From Ophelia neglecta (Eukaryota), in assembly GCA_965285935.1 (NCBI GenBank), contig OZ260661.1:111600001-111664000 (forward strand): a stretch of 64,000 nt of DNA, given 5' to 3'. Below the pieces are notes generated by a model. It was given only the letters and a program-made list of their open reading frames with translations, was not told where the DNA came from and made no database searches. How positions within the stretch are numbered: the stretch's first letter is position 1; each line of letters starts with the position of its first letter. Shown here piece after piece: positions 49,669 through 63,808 of this stretch. The position numbers and the translations under genes are program-made.

Positions 49669-52600
49669 ATCCCTAATTTAGCCATCTTGAACAGCATGCC
49701 GTCCACCACACTCGATCAAACGCTTTTTCGGAGTCCAAAAAAGCAACGTAAACTTTACTTCCGTGTTCCACGAAGTGATTTATCGACTCCTACACCCCAA
49801 AGGATAACATCACATTGCTTGACTCCTTTTTGGAGTGCTGTAATTTATTAGGGAATCTGACATCATGAAGAAAAGGCTGGCATCTGTTCCAAACCAACTT
49901 TTCGTACAGTTTATTGACTGCAGGTAACAAGGTTATACCGCGATATGAATTCTGGTCGGTTTTCTCTTTGTATTTTCCTATGTAGAGTGGTAAAACTATT
50001 CCTAATTTGTACATTTTTGGAACATAAACGGCGGAAGTTATGGCATTAAAAAGTCTGTTCAACACCTCCGCACAGAGCGGGCTCGCGCACTTCAAAAGTT
50101 CATAGCACACATTGTCCCAACCAGGTGCCTTACCATTTGGTAGATTTCTTATAGTTGTCACAGTTTCTTCGACCCTGAATGGTTCTTGTAAGGGTCCGAC
50201 ATTATCTACGTTTTTGTCCAAAGAGTTCACCAATACTTTGACATCGGCACTAATAGTTTTTGCAAAGACTTCGTCATAAGTTCTTGCTTCGTCCGATTGT
50301 TCATTAAGCAATTGACAAAAATGGTGCTTTCCAAAATCGCCTAATTCATCTGGATTACGAAAAAACAGAGTCTTTAATTAAATGTAAGGATTCGGGTGAC
50401 TTTCGGTTTCGTCGCACATATCGCCAGAAAGATTTCAGGTCATATTCGCTCTGGTTCTGAGCTTTTTCATAGCGTACTTGTTGGCGACCTCTTGATTTCG
50501 AATATTGCATAATTCGGAACTTAGTTTAGGAGTTTTTATACTCCTTGAACGACGTGTATTCAGAACTCCTGGGTCTTCCCTTGCGAATCCACTGGGAACG
50601 CTTTTTCAACTGAAGCTTATGTGCTATTTCTAATTCAGTGCCCCAATAATCATTTTGAAACGACTCGGTGCAATATTTTTGCACTGCATGGTCGGCGGCT
50701 TTAGTTAGAGAGTCGCTTAAAATAGTTGCTAATTTGTCATTTCGTCCTTCGATTCACTCACGCTATAGTGGCTAAGTGATCAGAAAGAATAGAATCTAAG
50801 ACTAACACAAAGGCAGCTTTGTCAACCTTAGCCCAGTTTAAACGAGAAATCACAGCGTATTAAGGCAGGTCACATGACAATTCACAATATATAGGTAAGT
50901 GATCTGAAGTGTTTAACACTTCGCTTTCCATAATCCTGCACTTTACAAAATCATTTGCTAAATACAAATGTGGTCAATCAATGTACATTGACCTCCGTTA
51001 TGCGGTCGTTGGGTATGTTTGGCCCAGAACGATCAGGTAAATCACAAGTAGTTATCATTTTACAACAGTCTAGTAATGATTGAAAAGATGACACTCGCTT
51101 TGCCGTGTCACTGCCATTACTTTTATACAAAATCATACTTTGCGAGTTAAAATCACCAACAAATAATACCACACCAGTTTGCTCATAGTATGTCTGAATA
51201 TTACCAAGATCCCGCAGACATTCTTCATAAAAATCAGTCTTACAGTTCGTACTAGGCATATATATTATAAAGATCTTGTTTGTCAACCGTGTGTGACAGA
51301 CGAATACCTATGACCCTGTCATTACCTACATCTTGTAACTTAGAAACTGCGTAAGCTATATCTTTACGCCAGAAAATTACAACTCCTCCGGCTCTACCGT
51401 GGCTTAATGATTCCATTCTTCCATCAGCGAGGGCATATACATCAAATTCGGGGTTTGACGAAGTTAAGAATGACAATGAGGATTATTTGAGATGGTGATC
51501 CTGAATATATAATACATCACATAAGTCAAGTAGACAACACATTTACTTAGTAGACGCCATCGCGCCCCAACAATTATATGATATAATACGTAGAGAAGCC
51601 ATAATTGGATTAATAGAACACATGGTCATTATCTATACTGGCTTTCACCGTTCAGTTCGTATGACCAGGGTCCTATAGATACCCCCCTGGCCAAAACGAT
51701 TCTCTCCCTACTTCATCTGCGTCTTGGGGTTTTACATTTATCTTGGAAGACAGATATCGACCAGTACTTCGTAACATTTGGCTATATGTGACATTTATTT
51801 CGTGATGAGCTAAATAATTTTTAACCAGTGTATATGTATGATCACCATTTATTTTGAGTCTGATGCTTCCGAGGTAAAAAGCTACATTTCTTGCTTTTTT
51901 GCTCACAAGTCTATAACCCTCGAGATCCTTTCCTCCGTTAAGACCGATTGTGACCTGTTATTGGAAAGTCGCGTGTCATCAGAGGTGCCGAACTCGCTAG
52001 CTGTAGAAGCCGCTTGGCTGTAACGGGGTGATTATCGGTGGTCGGCTGTGTTCGCTGAGTCATTACAGAATGCCTGTCAGCTTCTTTGTCCTTTGCCACA
52101 GCACCTAAATGGGGTATTGGCTCTGCATGTGGAGACTGGTAAACTTTAGTGGCTACTGGACGATTGGCGTCCCCAGTAGCCGAGCGTGTAGCTTCGTCTT
52201 CTTGGTTGTTTATGGCTCTCATCAGACCCGTTATATTGCCATGAGCCATATCCACACCTATGTTAACTTTATCCAAAGTTTCCACGATGTTTTCTTGTTT
52301 TTCTTAATTGGTTCGATAATCTCTCGGGTTCTAGTTTCAAGATCCAGCATCAGATGTCTATTTTTCTCACTGAGCAGTTCCGTAGATTTCTCTAGTACAT
52401 CGACTCTGTGTTCTAGGACGGCGTTCACAGCTTTAATATCTGCTATCTCTCGCCTTAGTTCATTATTATTAATTTGGCTTGTTTTCATTATGTGTTTGCT
52501 AATTTCAACCAACACACCTAGCTCGGATTGGCTGGTTTTGGTTTCAATTGTTTTTGTTTTCTCTACAGATTCGGCTTGGGAAAAACTATCCTTATATACT

Positions 52601-53504
52601 GCGTCTTCAATATCATCTTTATCATCATTTTCTTCCTCGTCTTCAGTAAGCATTTCATTAAAACTGCTTTCTAAAGAACATTCTGGTTCTTGAGTGTTTG
52701 TTTTTAATATTTTCCTAGATTTTTCACAAAACATTTTTATTATATCTATGCAAGTGTCGCCTTGAGAAAAATAAAAGAGGTCGTAAACATCATGTGCAAG
52801 CTTCCCGGCCGCACTTTGGTGACCCTCTATATTCTTCCTAAGTATTAGTTTACCCCTAGGTGTTCCGTCAATATTTACTCTGCAGTAGTCATAAACTATT
52901 GGACTCTTCTCGCTTCTATGGATGTTCTAAGGAATTCTTTTGCGCTTCGAATAAAGCCATGAAAGTAACGTTACAGTAATTTTCGCAGTACATTGAGCTC
53001 TAGTAGCAATTGGGCAAATTTTACTTTGTCTACTGATCAATATTTTATCGAGCTGTTAACGTTGTGAAGAAGTATCAGAATTGTTAAGGTAATTAAGATG
53101 CACTTAGATGACATAATGTATTACTAATCGATGGATAATGTCTAAACTCAAAACACCACATGTTACCATACCGAGAGAGCGAGGGAGGATTGCATTCATC
53201 ATTTCTTATTGATCCCAACTATCAAAAAAATATGCATGCATCTGTGGCATTTTATCAATTTTATTGAATTAATAATATACTGATGTAAATGACTAGCTGC
53301 TGGTGGGTCGAACCATTTAATTATTATCTATAGGTTAACGGTTATTCGTTTACAATTCTAAATCAATTTATCGAATAATGTTTAGACTGGTTTATAAGCA
53401 TTAAAGTCATGACTTGGATATCAATAGCTGGTCAAAGTTGAAAAACACACACCACTTAATACATTTTTTTCTGGTCAGTCGTTAATTACACTAACATAAG
53501 AGCC

Positions 53505-56500
53505 ATGCGACACACGACTAAGATTCTGATCGCCCTTCTGGGAATATGTACCATTTTAGCCCAAGGTAAGGAACATTAATACAGCTTTTCAAAAGCAATA
53601 ATGATTCTTATAATTTGAAAAATTAAATTTATTGTGCGGGTATGTGTATGTACTGATCCTACACGCACTAAGGATCGAATAAAAATGAAGAAATAATCGT
53701 TAGTGTCATGACCAACTATATGAATGTTTTTCGATTGCAAGTGTTTAATACAGAATCATAATTTATTGAAATGCACATATTCTCAAGCATTAATTTCATC
53801 GATGCAGTAGGAATCAATATCGCTTACTTCTAAACCTCATACAGGTTTTTTTTATAGTTGTTGCCAAATCTCCTATGTGCACTACCGGTCCACCATTTAG
53901 GAATTTTTGAATGACACAAATTGTTACCGTTAAATTTAAAAAATGCACAATTGCATTTATGTTCTTGGCACTATTTGGTATAAAGAAATGTATGCTTCTG
54001 GAATGGAAAATGCTGCTTTTGACCCTAGAAATTTCTCAACAAGTCTGGAAACAGAAACCCACAAGAAAGTAAAAACACCTATAGATGGGCATCATTCTGG
54101 CCGACCGGAACCTCATATGCGCATCCTCCTGACTGGTTTAAACCAGCCATCTGCTGACTTATTCAATTTGTCTTATTTAGTAAATATTTTAAAGATGTAA
54201 GTCGCAATGTTGATATCACAACTTATTGTCACACGTAGAATGTATGCATTTCGTATGCACGCATTCTCGACCCATAGAACTCTGTCAAGGTTCTCTGTCC
54301 AGGACCTCTTTCCATACCTTAACACCCTTGTGATATGCTTAGTAATATGGCCATGTCTATTGACGATTTAACGCTGGCTACACTTTCAATCTTTCTATCT
54401 CGTCAGTTGCACCTCAGTCCCTGTGCGACTCGGCACCGTGTCAGAATGGAGGAGATTGTAGCACAGAGGAGGATCCCTATGGATGGGGATATTACTGTAC
54501 CTGTTACGACCCGAGTGGAGGTAGATTATGTCAATACGGTAAGATCAATGCTGTCCGAAAACTAGAAGGGATTGACTGTTTGTACATGTGCGCGAATATA
54601 CAGTTTCAGTATCAAGCTATTATGAAATAAATAAAGTGACTCATTTATTCTGAAGACATGTTGCGATATGAATTATTGTTGTGACGGAGGCGATGATCCT
54701 GTCACAGAGGAAGATACGATCTTATTGTGTCTTCTATTGGATGACCACCTTTTCTAACTACCTGAATTTGGCTGCAAGTGTACAAAACTGTACAAAACTA
54801 GCAGTAACCCGTTGAAACACCCACACCTGAGGCAGGCACGTGGAGCAAGAAATAAATGTCTAGATTCAAATGAACTTGATGAACATGTACAAAACAGTAA
54901 ATTGGAGGATCTTTTCATGCAACGGGGCAAAATCTAAAGTGGTAATGGCAGTTACATGTCAGGCATTTAACGCTGACTTGCAAAATGAGGCACCTTGACA
55001 TTATTTCGCTGTTTTATATATAGTTCAGGCTATGATTTGCTGGTCAAGTATGGAATGTCAGTCTTGAAGCCTAGCAGTGTCGCTTTCTTCATCATCAAGG
55101 ATCACATTGCAAAATATCCGGTGGCAGCATTTCAAAATCCTGCCCATCCACCCATCCCACCCCAGCCTACCGCCTACTGGTGCCCCCTTCGTCACACTCC
55201 GGCCTCATGTAAAATACCAGGCACATCAACTGCTAAAATACAGTCTCGATTTAGGACAAAAACGCTTGAAAATAAGTAAAACTCTTTTATTTCCAATGTC
55301 GACTTTTCTCGACATTTCCTCTCACTGCCAATGTCGACTTTTGCCGACTATATGATATTTTGCCATTGATGACGTCATACTAATTACCATAAAAGGTTAA
55401 GTTAATATGGCTACTGCCTGACTATTTCATAGTTAGCTAAGCACGTTACCTGTGGAATTTTCAAAGTATAATACCGATACCCATAGGTAAATTAATACCA
55501 AGTTGGCATTACATTGAGTTTACACATGTAAATGGACATAAATTGGCAGAAATAGGCATGTAGCTGGGACAACCTATAAATAGGTGGCACTGAAGTCCCT
55601 GAACTCTTGGTAATTCCGGAACCTTCAATGTTTTTTTTGTGCTGCCTATTGGTGCGTCCATATGTCAAATCTTGATTCCTGTTTGCTGTTGCGGGAGTTT
55701 TTGCGCTCTTGGACACTATGTGCTTCCTGTTGCTTCACGCCTGCTGTCCTGTCGGGTAAACTGGCCACAGCTAGAGCCATGGTGGGTGGTGCAACCTCAC
55801 TCCAACGAAGTATTAAACATTATACTGTTGACGGACTGGAAATTCATTTTTGTTTTACGCCTGTGACTGATGGTTCCAGAAAGATTTCGGGCCGATTGAA
55901 TAGACTAATCCTGGTTACTGCTTTTGCTTTATCTGCCTGGTATCCACTACCGCGTTTTGTCTCTGTTGATAACTGGTCGAAATTTCTTGTTCTCAACTTG
56001 ACAAAGAAATGAGTATGTATAGTCACCAGACTGACAAGTGAATATTCTGCCATTAAGGACACGAAAGTTAGGGCCACTTTTAATATACTTTTGTTAAATA
56101 TTTTATCTTCCACATTTACCAGATTGCATTTGAATATTATCTTACTTTTGAATTGTTTAAACAATTGTTTAACATAGCTAATTAATTATAAAACCCATAT
56201 TTAAAAACGAAACAAGGCAAGAAAGGTATATTTCAATGTTCATATAACAATTAATAAACGACTTAAGTAAAGATTAAAATGGCAAAATCTGAAAAGAAAA
56301 AAATATTTTAATACTATAGACAGGAAATTTTTCAATTTGGAGGTAAAGGGTTACATTTCTTTGGATTCACTGAGAAGGGGATGTGAGATGGACACAAACC
56401 CTGGTGCCAACTAGCATTTTACCCATAGAAAGTTGCACCTACAGCAAAGTACAGAAGTTTTAAGCACATCTATATTGTGACTATTGCTATAATTTGCATC

Positions 56501-56638
56501 TTCATTCCAGCTAACGCCTGTCAAGAACATCCTTGCCCTTCGGCAGATCATCGTTGCTTTCGCACATTGTCGGATGACAATTATGGCAGAAATTGTTATG
56601 ACCGAAATTGGAATTTGGTTGAAGAGCCTGCTTCCTAA
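53505..56638 (+). CDS. Small secreted EGF-like protein B (paralog of A), 106 aa
   Basis: Exons 53505-53565, 54407-54538, 56511-56638, phase-1 GT-AG introns. MRHTTKILIALLGICTILAQVAPQSLCDSAPCQNGGDCSTEEDPYGWGYYCTCYDPSGGRLCQYANACQEHPCPSADHRCFRTLSDDNYGRNCYDRNWNLVEEPAS. Acceptor at 53478; AATAAA at 56766. Confidence 0.9.
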
Positions 56639-58509
56639 AGTTAGGTTAATCCAGGGCACCAGTAAGGAGATGAAAGATTAAACCGCTCGGACGAATCCAA
56701 ATCTTAACTTTTTTAATGGAATGTCAAAAAAAAGGAAAACGTTTCGGACATTTCGCTTTGTCTCAAATAAAGGTCATCACCCTTTGCTGTGTATATATCA
56801 TTTTCTGTTTTAGTTTTCATTCTTAAAACTTATATTCGAAATTATTTTTATTTCCTCATGGACATCTTTACATAAAAACAATACATAATGAACTGCACGC
56901 TTTTCCTTTTATCAAAGTGTTAACCTATTCCCCATGAATTGATAAAGTTTTCCAATGTTTCTCTTTTTTAACTGCAATAATTATACATTTTAAAATTGCC
57001 ATTATTGAAACCATATGTAGAAAAAAACTGTTGTTATTGACAAAGTTTGATCTTACAGGTTGATACACGTATCGTTTTCCAATCAATAAAAGATCATTTT
57101 CAGCGTGGTGATCACGATCAGCAAGTTTGAACACTCAGAACAATATATCTTAATTGCTAAAATTAAATATTCTGTTATGTTTTATGAAATAACATGAGAT
57201 ACTCCTTCAATAAGTTTAGTAACAATCTCACATTCACAAGATGACTAATGTGTAAGAAAAAAACATAAATTCTAAATTAAAATATATTTAGTATCTTTTT
57301 TTTAAGGGCAAAGATACAAGACCATTCTTCCCATGATATCAAATTTCGTCGGTGCCAGTATGCCTGACCTGCTGGGCTGTTACAGATAAACTATAAAATA
57401 GTATACATATCCATGCAAACCTTTTGCTCATAAGACAAAGTGTCTATCTAGCCAAAGGTATATATTGTTTTTCTAAATTAGCCGTATATATAATATTAAT
57501 ATTTAACATTTTCACAAAGTAGAAAGCACGGATCTTTTCAGACATGATAAGTCCAGTAAGTTTATATATATTTCAAAGCCAATTGGCCACATGGACAAAA
57601 ACTACAGTCATTCTTAAACAAGTTATGAACATAAATTATATTGTTTGCATGCCAATGTTTGCTAAATACACTTTCTATTCCTATCTTAAACAAAGCGTTA
57701 TACAAAGTCAGTTATATACAATCGTAAGAAACAAACTGCGGCAAATTAATTTCTGTGTCTCTTATTGTAATACCTCTTGTAGCTTTGTCATGTTTAATCA
57801 AAAGGAAGAGTATCCTCGAACAAAAAATTAAACGATATGGCGGTAGCGGAATACCTATGCTAAAAAACCTTGAAATATGTCTACCCTAAGACACCGAAGA
57901 AGTAATATCGTGATACAGAGTAGAAAACACGCTTGAAAGGATGGTCTATAATTGAAAAAATCCAGTCCTGTATTAATAAACATCCAAGAAACCGAAACAA
58001 AAGTGCAGTCAAAGACAGAAAAGACACTACCAGTATCTTCTGCTATGTATCACAAAACCGGTCTGGTCCTAACTTATAAGAAAGTTAAGTGCACTTTTTA
58101 TTCTGTTTGCGATACACCTAGGAAAAAATTTGTATACTGTATTAGGGAGAGTATTACGTCTCAAGTTTAAAGTTAAAATTGCTTAGGTATGTCCTCTTAC
58201 GGTGGACAAATTATCAACACTTGGCGGCGGTAAGTTATGGACATTTTTCTTTGGCTGTAGCCATAATTTATTGAACGGACAATCAGATGTCCCATTCTGA
58301 TGCAAAACATTTTAAAACTTTGAGAAAAATGCATATGTTCCAAGGTTTAATTGCTCTTCCAGTCACCCAAGTAATAGTGACTAAGTAAAGATCTTTCGGC
58401 ACACGATTCATCCGAGGGTCTCGCTAAGAGATTGAGAGGATTCGTGTATCATTGATGAACCAAAATCATTTCACAATAAATGCCCACCACTGTGCACCAC
58501 TATGGACAT

Positions 58510-59160
58510 ATTGAGCACGGCATCCGAGGATGTGGTAAATTATTTGGGAAATCACCATTAACCACATGCTCCCTCGATCCAGTATCTACGTGGTTTTTCA
58601 AAGAGGCATCGTGCGCTTTAAAGGCAAATTTTACCCTGTGAATAAACTCCTCTTTTATATCTGGTGATGTAGGCCTACCGACTCTATGAAGATGGCTATT
58701 GTAGCTCCTCTTCCGCAGAAAACTGGCTTAGACCCAAACAACTTGAAGAGTTACAGACCTTCTAGTTATTTGTCTTTCATCTCAAAAATCCTTCAGAGAG
58801 TGGTTGCTGCTCGGCTCCAAGCCCACTTCTGTACTAGCAGTCAGCATACGCCTCTTCAGCCTGCATTCAAGCCTGCTGACTCTAGGAATGCGGCCCTGCT
58901 CCGTGTACAGAATGCCATTTTGACCACCATGGATGAGATGTGTATCGTTATTCTTATGCCCAATGATTGAGGCGCTGCCTTTGACATCATTGACCATACC
59001 ATTCTGATCGATAGAATGGAAACCATGGTGGGTGTCATGGGGGTTGCACTCGGGTGGTTTTGATCGTACCTCATAGACCGCCGACAGTCTGTTAAAAAGT
59101 TGTCGAATCAGATTCGATGCATGTTTCATTGGTGGGGGGGGGGGGGGGATCCCGCAGGGG
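58510..59160 (+). mobile_element. Degenerate L2-clade LINE RT fragment
   Basis: TCSLDP, KMAIVAPLPQKTGLDPNNLKSYRPSSYLSFISKILQRVVA, ALLRVQN, AAFDIIDHTIL, ALGWF*SYL.DR.QSV, GIPQG. Confidence 0.85.
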
Positions 59161-59182
59161 ATTATTATATATATTTTAAACC

Positions 59183-59416
59183 GGCTTTGTGTTAACGGCG
59201 AAAGCAAAAGCTGCGGCGAAAGCAACTGGGTCTCTTAAAATGAGCTAGCATGATCACAGTAATAAACCCCACCGTTAACCCCTTGTATCAAGAACAACAC
59301 CGAGATGTGTGGGTAAGGGTTTGGTTATAAAATGACTGATATTATAGATTATTGTGCTACTGACCAATGCTGTTTTCGCCGCACCTAGCTTTCGTTTTCG
59401 CTGTTAACACAAAGCC
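59183..59416. mobile_element. MITE with about 45-bp imperfect TIRs
   Basis: ggctttgtgttaacggcgaaagcaaaagctgcggcgaaagc vs reverse complement of right end ggctttgtgttaacagcgaaaacgaaagctaggtgcggcgaaaac. Confidence 0.8.
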
Positions 59417-60599
59417 TTTTAAACCACACTCATCCGATACTTGTAAGATTTGTAAACAGCAAGCTGATAATAAACCAATTCGTGCATTCAAAACAAATTT
59501 AAAAGCCGGACAAAATCAGCACATAATATCCACACAAGATTTTCTACATACATGAGCTCCTGGCACCCGAACGCAAGAAGCTCCTTAAAAAAACTAAACA
59601 AAACAAATATAAATGTCTTTGGACTAAGGACGAGGGAATACTGGCTCATATGGGTTGAGATTTGATTAATGGTTCTAAAGGCATGACTAATAATGAGCTT
59701 TTAGACTAATAGGCTGTCGGACTCTTGGACCGTTGGATCATCGGACCGTCGAATTAATGGGTGCGAATATAAAACCAATGAGTGCCAACATACGTAAGTT
59801 TCGCAGCCAAAATTTTACTTTCTTCAACTTTATTAATACGACAATAAATGTAAGTTTTGGGTTATTATAATGAATAAATTCATATACTATTAAATAATGC
59901 TAGTTAATCAATACAACATAGCACATAGTGTGTAGGCAGTGATCACTTCAGATAGAAAATAGGAATTAACTGCTGCATTGGAATCAACAAAATAGTGAGC
60001 TGACCTCTTATTCTGCAACAGGCAAACGTATATACAAATGATATATACAAGATGAACTAAACTATAATTAGCACCATTTATCCTGGAACAATCCAGGTAC
60101 GTGTATTCATATAAATTAAATATATAAGAGTATACACTTGTACCTTCGTAACCACACTAAAGCCAAGTACCCACAAGAGCAAAACAAAATAGTGCCAAAA
60201 GACACCATTTCTTTATTTATTCACATAGAAAAATACATGAAAGCAGGTTGAGTAATATTTAGAGTGAGAATGAGTAAGACTTACATCAAAACTTTAACAG
60301 GATGCTTACAAGTTGGCAGCTTGCATTATTGAGAATTAAATACTTAGGCCTATACAAAAGTCAAGCTTTCTTCTTAAGCTATCTTTGTCAGCTAAGACAA
60401 TTAAAGACGGTGATGTTTTCATACAGGCTAAGCATTTCTATATGTAAGTCGACGCCAATTGGCTTTGATTCATTACCCCAAACATTTTCGTTTTCTATGT
60501 GCGCCGTGTGGCAAATATCTGACAGCCGTATTCTGAGCATTTTTATACCGTACTAATGCAGTAAGTTAGTATGGTCAATAAAATGCTTTGTCAAGGCTA

Positions 60600-61412
60600 G
60601 TAGGATAAAACAGTCACTTATCAGACAATCAGTCGCATGGTCCTTCAATATGCAAATATATAGGGGTCATTGTTCAGGTCAGGGGTGTCACAAGAAATGA
60701 ATAATGAAGTAAAGTGAACATAGTAAGTAGTATTTGCATATTATGTGTGGTTTACAATTGTTCAATTTCAATTATTTTAAACTCGATAAAAGTTGTTTGA
60801 ATCTATATTTTTACACCATTTCTGCTATCATGCTTGTAGGTGTAATTTTAGCTTCCTCAAGGGTAGTCACTAGTTCCAGGTAAAATAGCAAAAACAAAGT
60901 TGCTGAAGTTACCTAATCCTTGATACCACATGGTCCGCTCTCCTAACCATGGGGTTCATTGGCCACTTATATTGAACAGAACAACCTCATACTTTTCTTT
61001 CTGCCAAGATGGCACTGCCATGGCTTTCAAAACTTTTTTTAACTAATTACACTAATTACTCGAGATGCGGTCAGAATTTGATGATTTTTTTCTTTCTTAT
61101 TCTAGGATAAAACATGTCAAGTGTAGCCAATCAGCCACACTGTCCTTTACTATGCAAGGGGTCAGTGGTCTGGTCAGGGATGACACAGGAAGAGAATATT
61201 TGAGTACTGAATATGGTAAATTGTATCTGCGTAGAATATTATATGATTTTTACGACTGTTTAATCCAATTTTTTTGAAATTAATAAAGATTTTTCTGATC
61301 TGTTTGTCAACACCATTTCTGCTACCGTGCTTATAGGCGTAATTTTAGCTTCCTCAAGGTGGCACAAGGGGGTCACTAGCTTCGAAGCTAAATAGCAAGA
61401 AAAAGTGGAAGT
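60600..61412 (+). repeat. Diverged direct duplication (about 300-bp units at 60600-60910 and 61102-61412)
   Basis: Shared blocks taggataaaaca, caatcag, tatgcaa, ggggtca..ggtcaggg, acaccatttctgcta, gtaattttagcttcctcaagg, gtcactag, aaatagcaa. Confidence 0.8.
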
Positions 61413-63808
61413 TGGTATACACTGTATTTCCAATTGCCACCGACCAGAAATTATAGAATAATGTGTCGATCTTTTTTATTGATGATGCCGACCATATGTT
61501 TTTGTGATACATAAATACAAAGGATATCTTTGGCATTATGACTTTTTGAAACAAAGTGGCTGAACTATTTCAATTTCAATGTGTTACATTTTGTTAGTAT
61601 CTTTGGATTGCAGTGAACAGAGTAACTTAATCTAACAAGTTTGCAAGTTCTATGCCAATTGGCAATATTTTTCTACTTGGCACTATTTTCATAAGGACGA
61701 ATAATTTTTCATACTGACGAATAATTTCATGTCAGTAAAAGTAGACACTGCGTCCACTGGGCACCTCTAGTGGACGTATAATTGAGGATGCTATATCTAA
61801 CTCTGCAATGACTCAGGCCTCCCAATAGTTCGACCTCTTTCCAGGTTCAACCCCTAAGGTCCGTCGTTTTTTTACTATAGCTAAAAGAAGCATTTAAGGC
61901 TGATAAGAAACGACCAATATCGATTGTGAACAGTTTCTGGATAAGATCCATATTGGCACCTCCAGAAAACCAGCGCTTACGTCCGAAAGAAAAAATGGTG
62001 GTCGTTGGCTCTAAAAACCATTATTCATTTAGTTTTTATTGACACATTTTCCCGAACATTGAGAGAAGTTGAATCCCGAATTAAAAAGATTTGTACACGT
62101 CTTTATAAGGCATGCACATATGTGTATGCAGAGAGAATTGATAAGAAATGTTCGTAAAATATCAGTTACTTAATAAAGTAAATAAATATCAATTGTTAGA
62201 GGATAGTTCAATATGAAAATATAGTGAAGATCGGCCGTATATGAATATAGGAAACTTTGATACTAGGAATTAAAGAAAGGTGCTTTTCATGATTAAGTTG
62301 CTTTAGAAATATTTAAAGACTAAAACCAATCCGGTGCGTTAATGATAGTTACAGTTAGGACGTGGTGCTGATTTCGAGTTAATTGGTGTAAATTTCCGCC
62401 CATCCCGATTGTTCTAACACGTTAGTTCACCCAAATATAAATCTGACCGATGTGAACTTTGTAACTTCCATATATGCAGCCAGCCAGTAGGCCCGTGTTA
62501 CGTGCAATACGAAAGTAGATAAGTACTTTTACGTTATTCTAGCACGGAGCGTCATAGACAGGATGCTGGTCAATGCAAAACTGGAAAACATAGAATTATT
62601 CATCCTTAGCTATGGCATTGGACAGATTGAAATACACAGAATGTCCCAGTCATTTGGCTGGTACACACTTAACTTCGTATTAAGAAACCTGCAATGTATT
62701 AGGCCACACTGATTTAATTAATAAATAAGATTTTTTTCCCAATTCTTATTCCCATTAATGGAATTAGGTTTAATTATATTAATCAGTATGCACTTAAAAA
62801 TAGCCTACCTTGTCTTAAAGATGGAATACGCAACAGTAATTCATCATATAAATATAAAGCTGATAAGTTTGGAAGAGACAAGAACTCTTTCATCAATGTG
62901 AGCATTTGACAGTCAAATCGCACAGCCCCATGCTAAACATGCAAAGGATTTATCTGGGTGAGTTATTTATCAAATCGACAAATGTCACTAATGAATTAAA
63001 CTTGACAGGGTATGGTGCGGTATGTTCAATGGCTGTATTGCCTGGAAAAGAGAGTCATTGAATCAGCTTTGGGGTCTGTACCAACTTTTAATGTGGGACT
63101 ACACGCCACATAGATGTAAATGAGAATTATTTAAAAAATAACACGCAACTATAAGGAACGCCTAATGTCTTTATACACGCTGTCCAATAACGACAGTAGG
63201 CAATTTTATTTTACAATTTGATTTGTCAAATCGGAAATTGGAAAGTCATTCATACATATTCACTCTTCTAGAAGGGGACAGAGGTGGTTTTCAATAAGTA
63301 ATGGCATATTATCGGCTTTGAAAATAATATCATATACGGTTTCCTTACCTGCACGAGTAAGGGAAGTTTTTAATTGGTACTTTTTTTATTATGTTCTGTG
63401 TGTAACTACTCTGTTGTTTAACATGTTCTTGGCGTAGTAAGTGTTTCCTCGGCTTAGTTACAAGTTACATTTTACATTTCGAAAGGACAATCAGGATTTG
63501 GAAATTTCCAGCAGTTTTTACTGTCAGGGGTGGGGGTGGGGGGGGGTTCGTAGGCGGAGGGGGGGGGGGCTAATTGGGGGAGAACTGATCCGAAGTAAAG
63601 AGTTGGCTTTCTACAGTTGGGTTTTAGGTGTTAGGGTTGAAGAGAAACTGAACACGAAATACAAGATTTGATGTCCTAAACTGGAACATGAGTGCCTCTC
63701 TCGGGGTTTGAGATGAGGGACTGATATGGCATATGTGAGAGTAACGATTAAAATATTCGATATTACTTTTAGAGCACACGTAAATATATATTCAATTTTT
63801 CATTTCAG

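Larger units (their letters stand above)
44704..53185 (-). mobile_element. Degenerate non-LTR retrotransposon (ORF1 + APE/RT ORF2), interrupted by Gypsy, 3' part missing; clade uncertain
   Basis: ORF1 pieces with coiled coil (RREIADIKAVNAVLEHRVDVLEK) and ..ESFWPGG; ORF2 from ATG 51602 MASLRIISYNCWG, GRAGGVVIFW, IYMPS, VGDFNS, SDHLPI, GKAPGWD, SYRGITLL, KAFDRVW, QQGGMLS; several stops and frameshifts. 5' boundary approximate. Confidence 0.88.

Noticed and set aside
49485-49709. 74-aa ORF crossing the LTR boundary
   Set aside because: Chimera of LINE RT codons reading into the Gypsy LTR.
61810-61865. B-box-like ggttcaaccc suggesting a tRNA or SINE head
   Set aside because: No cloverleaf or convincing A-box.
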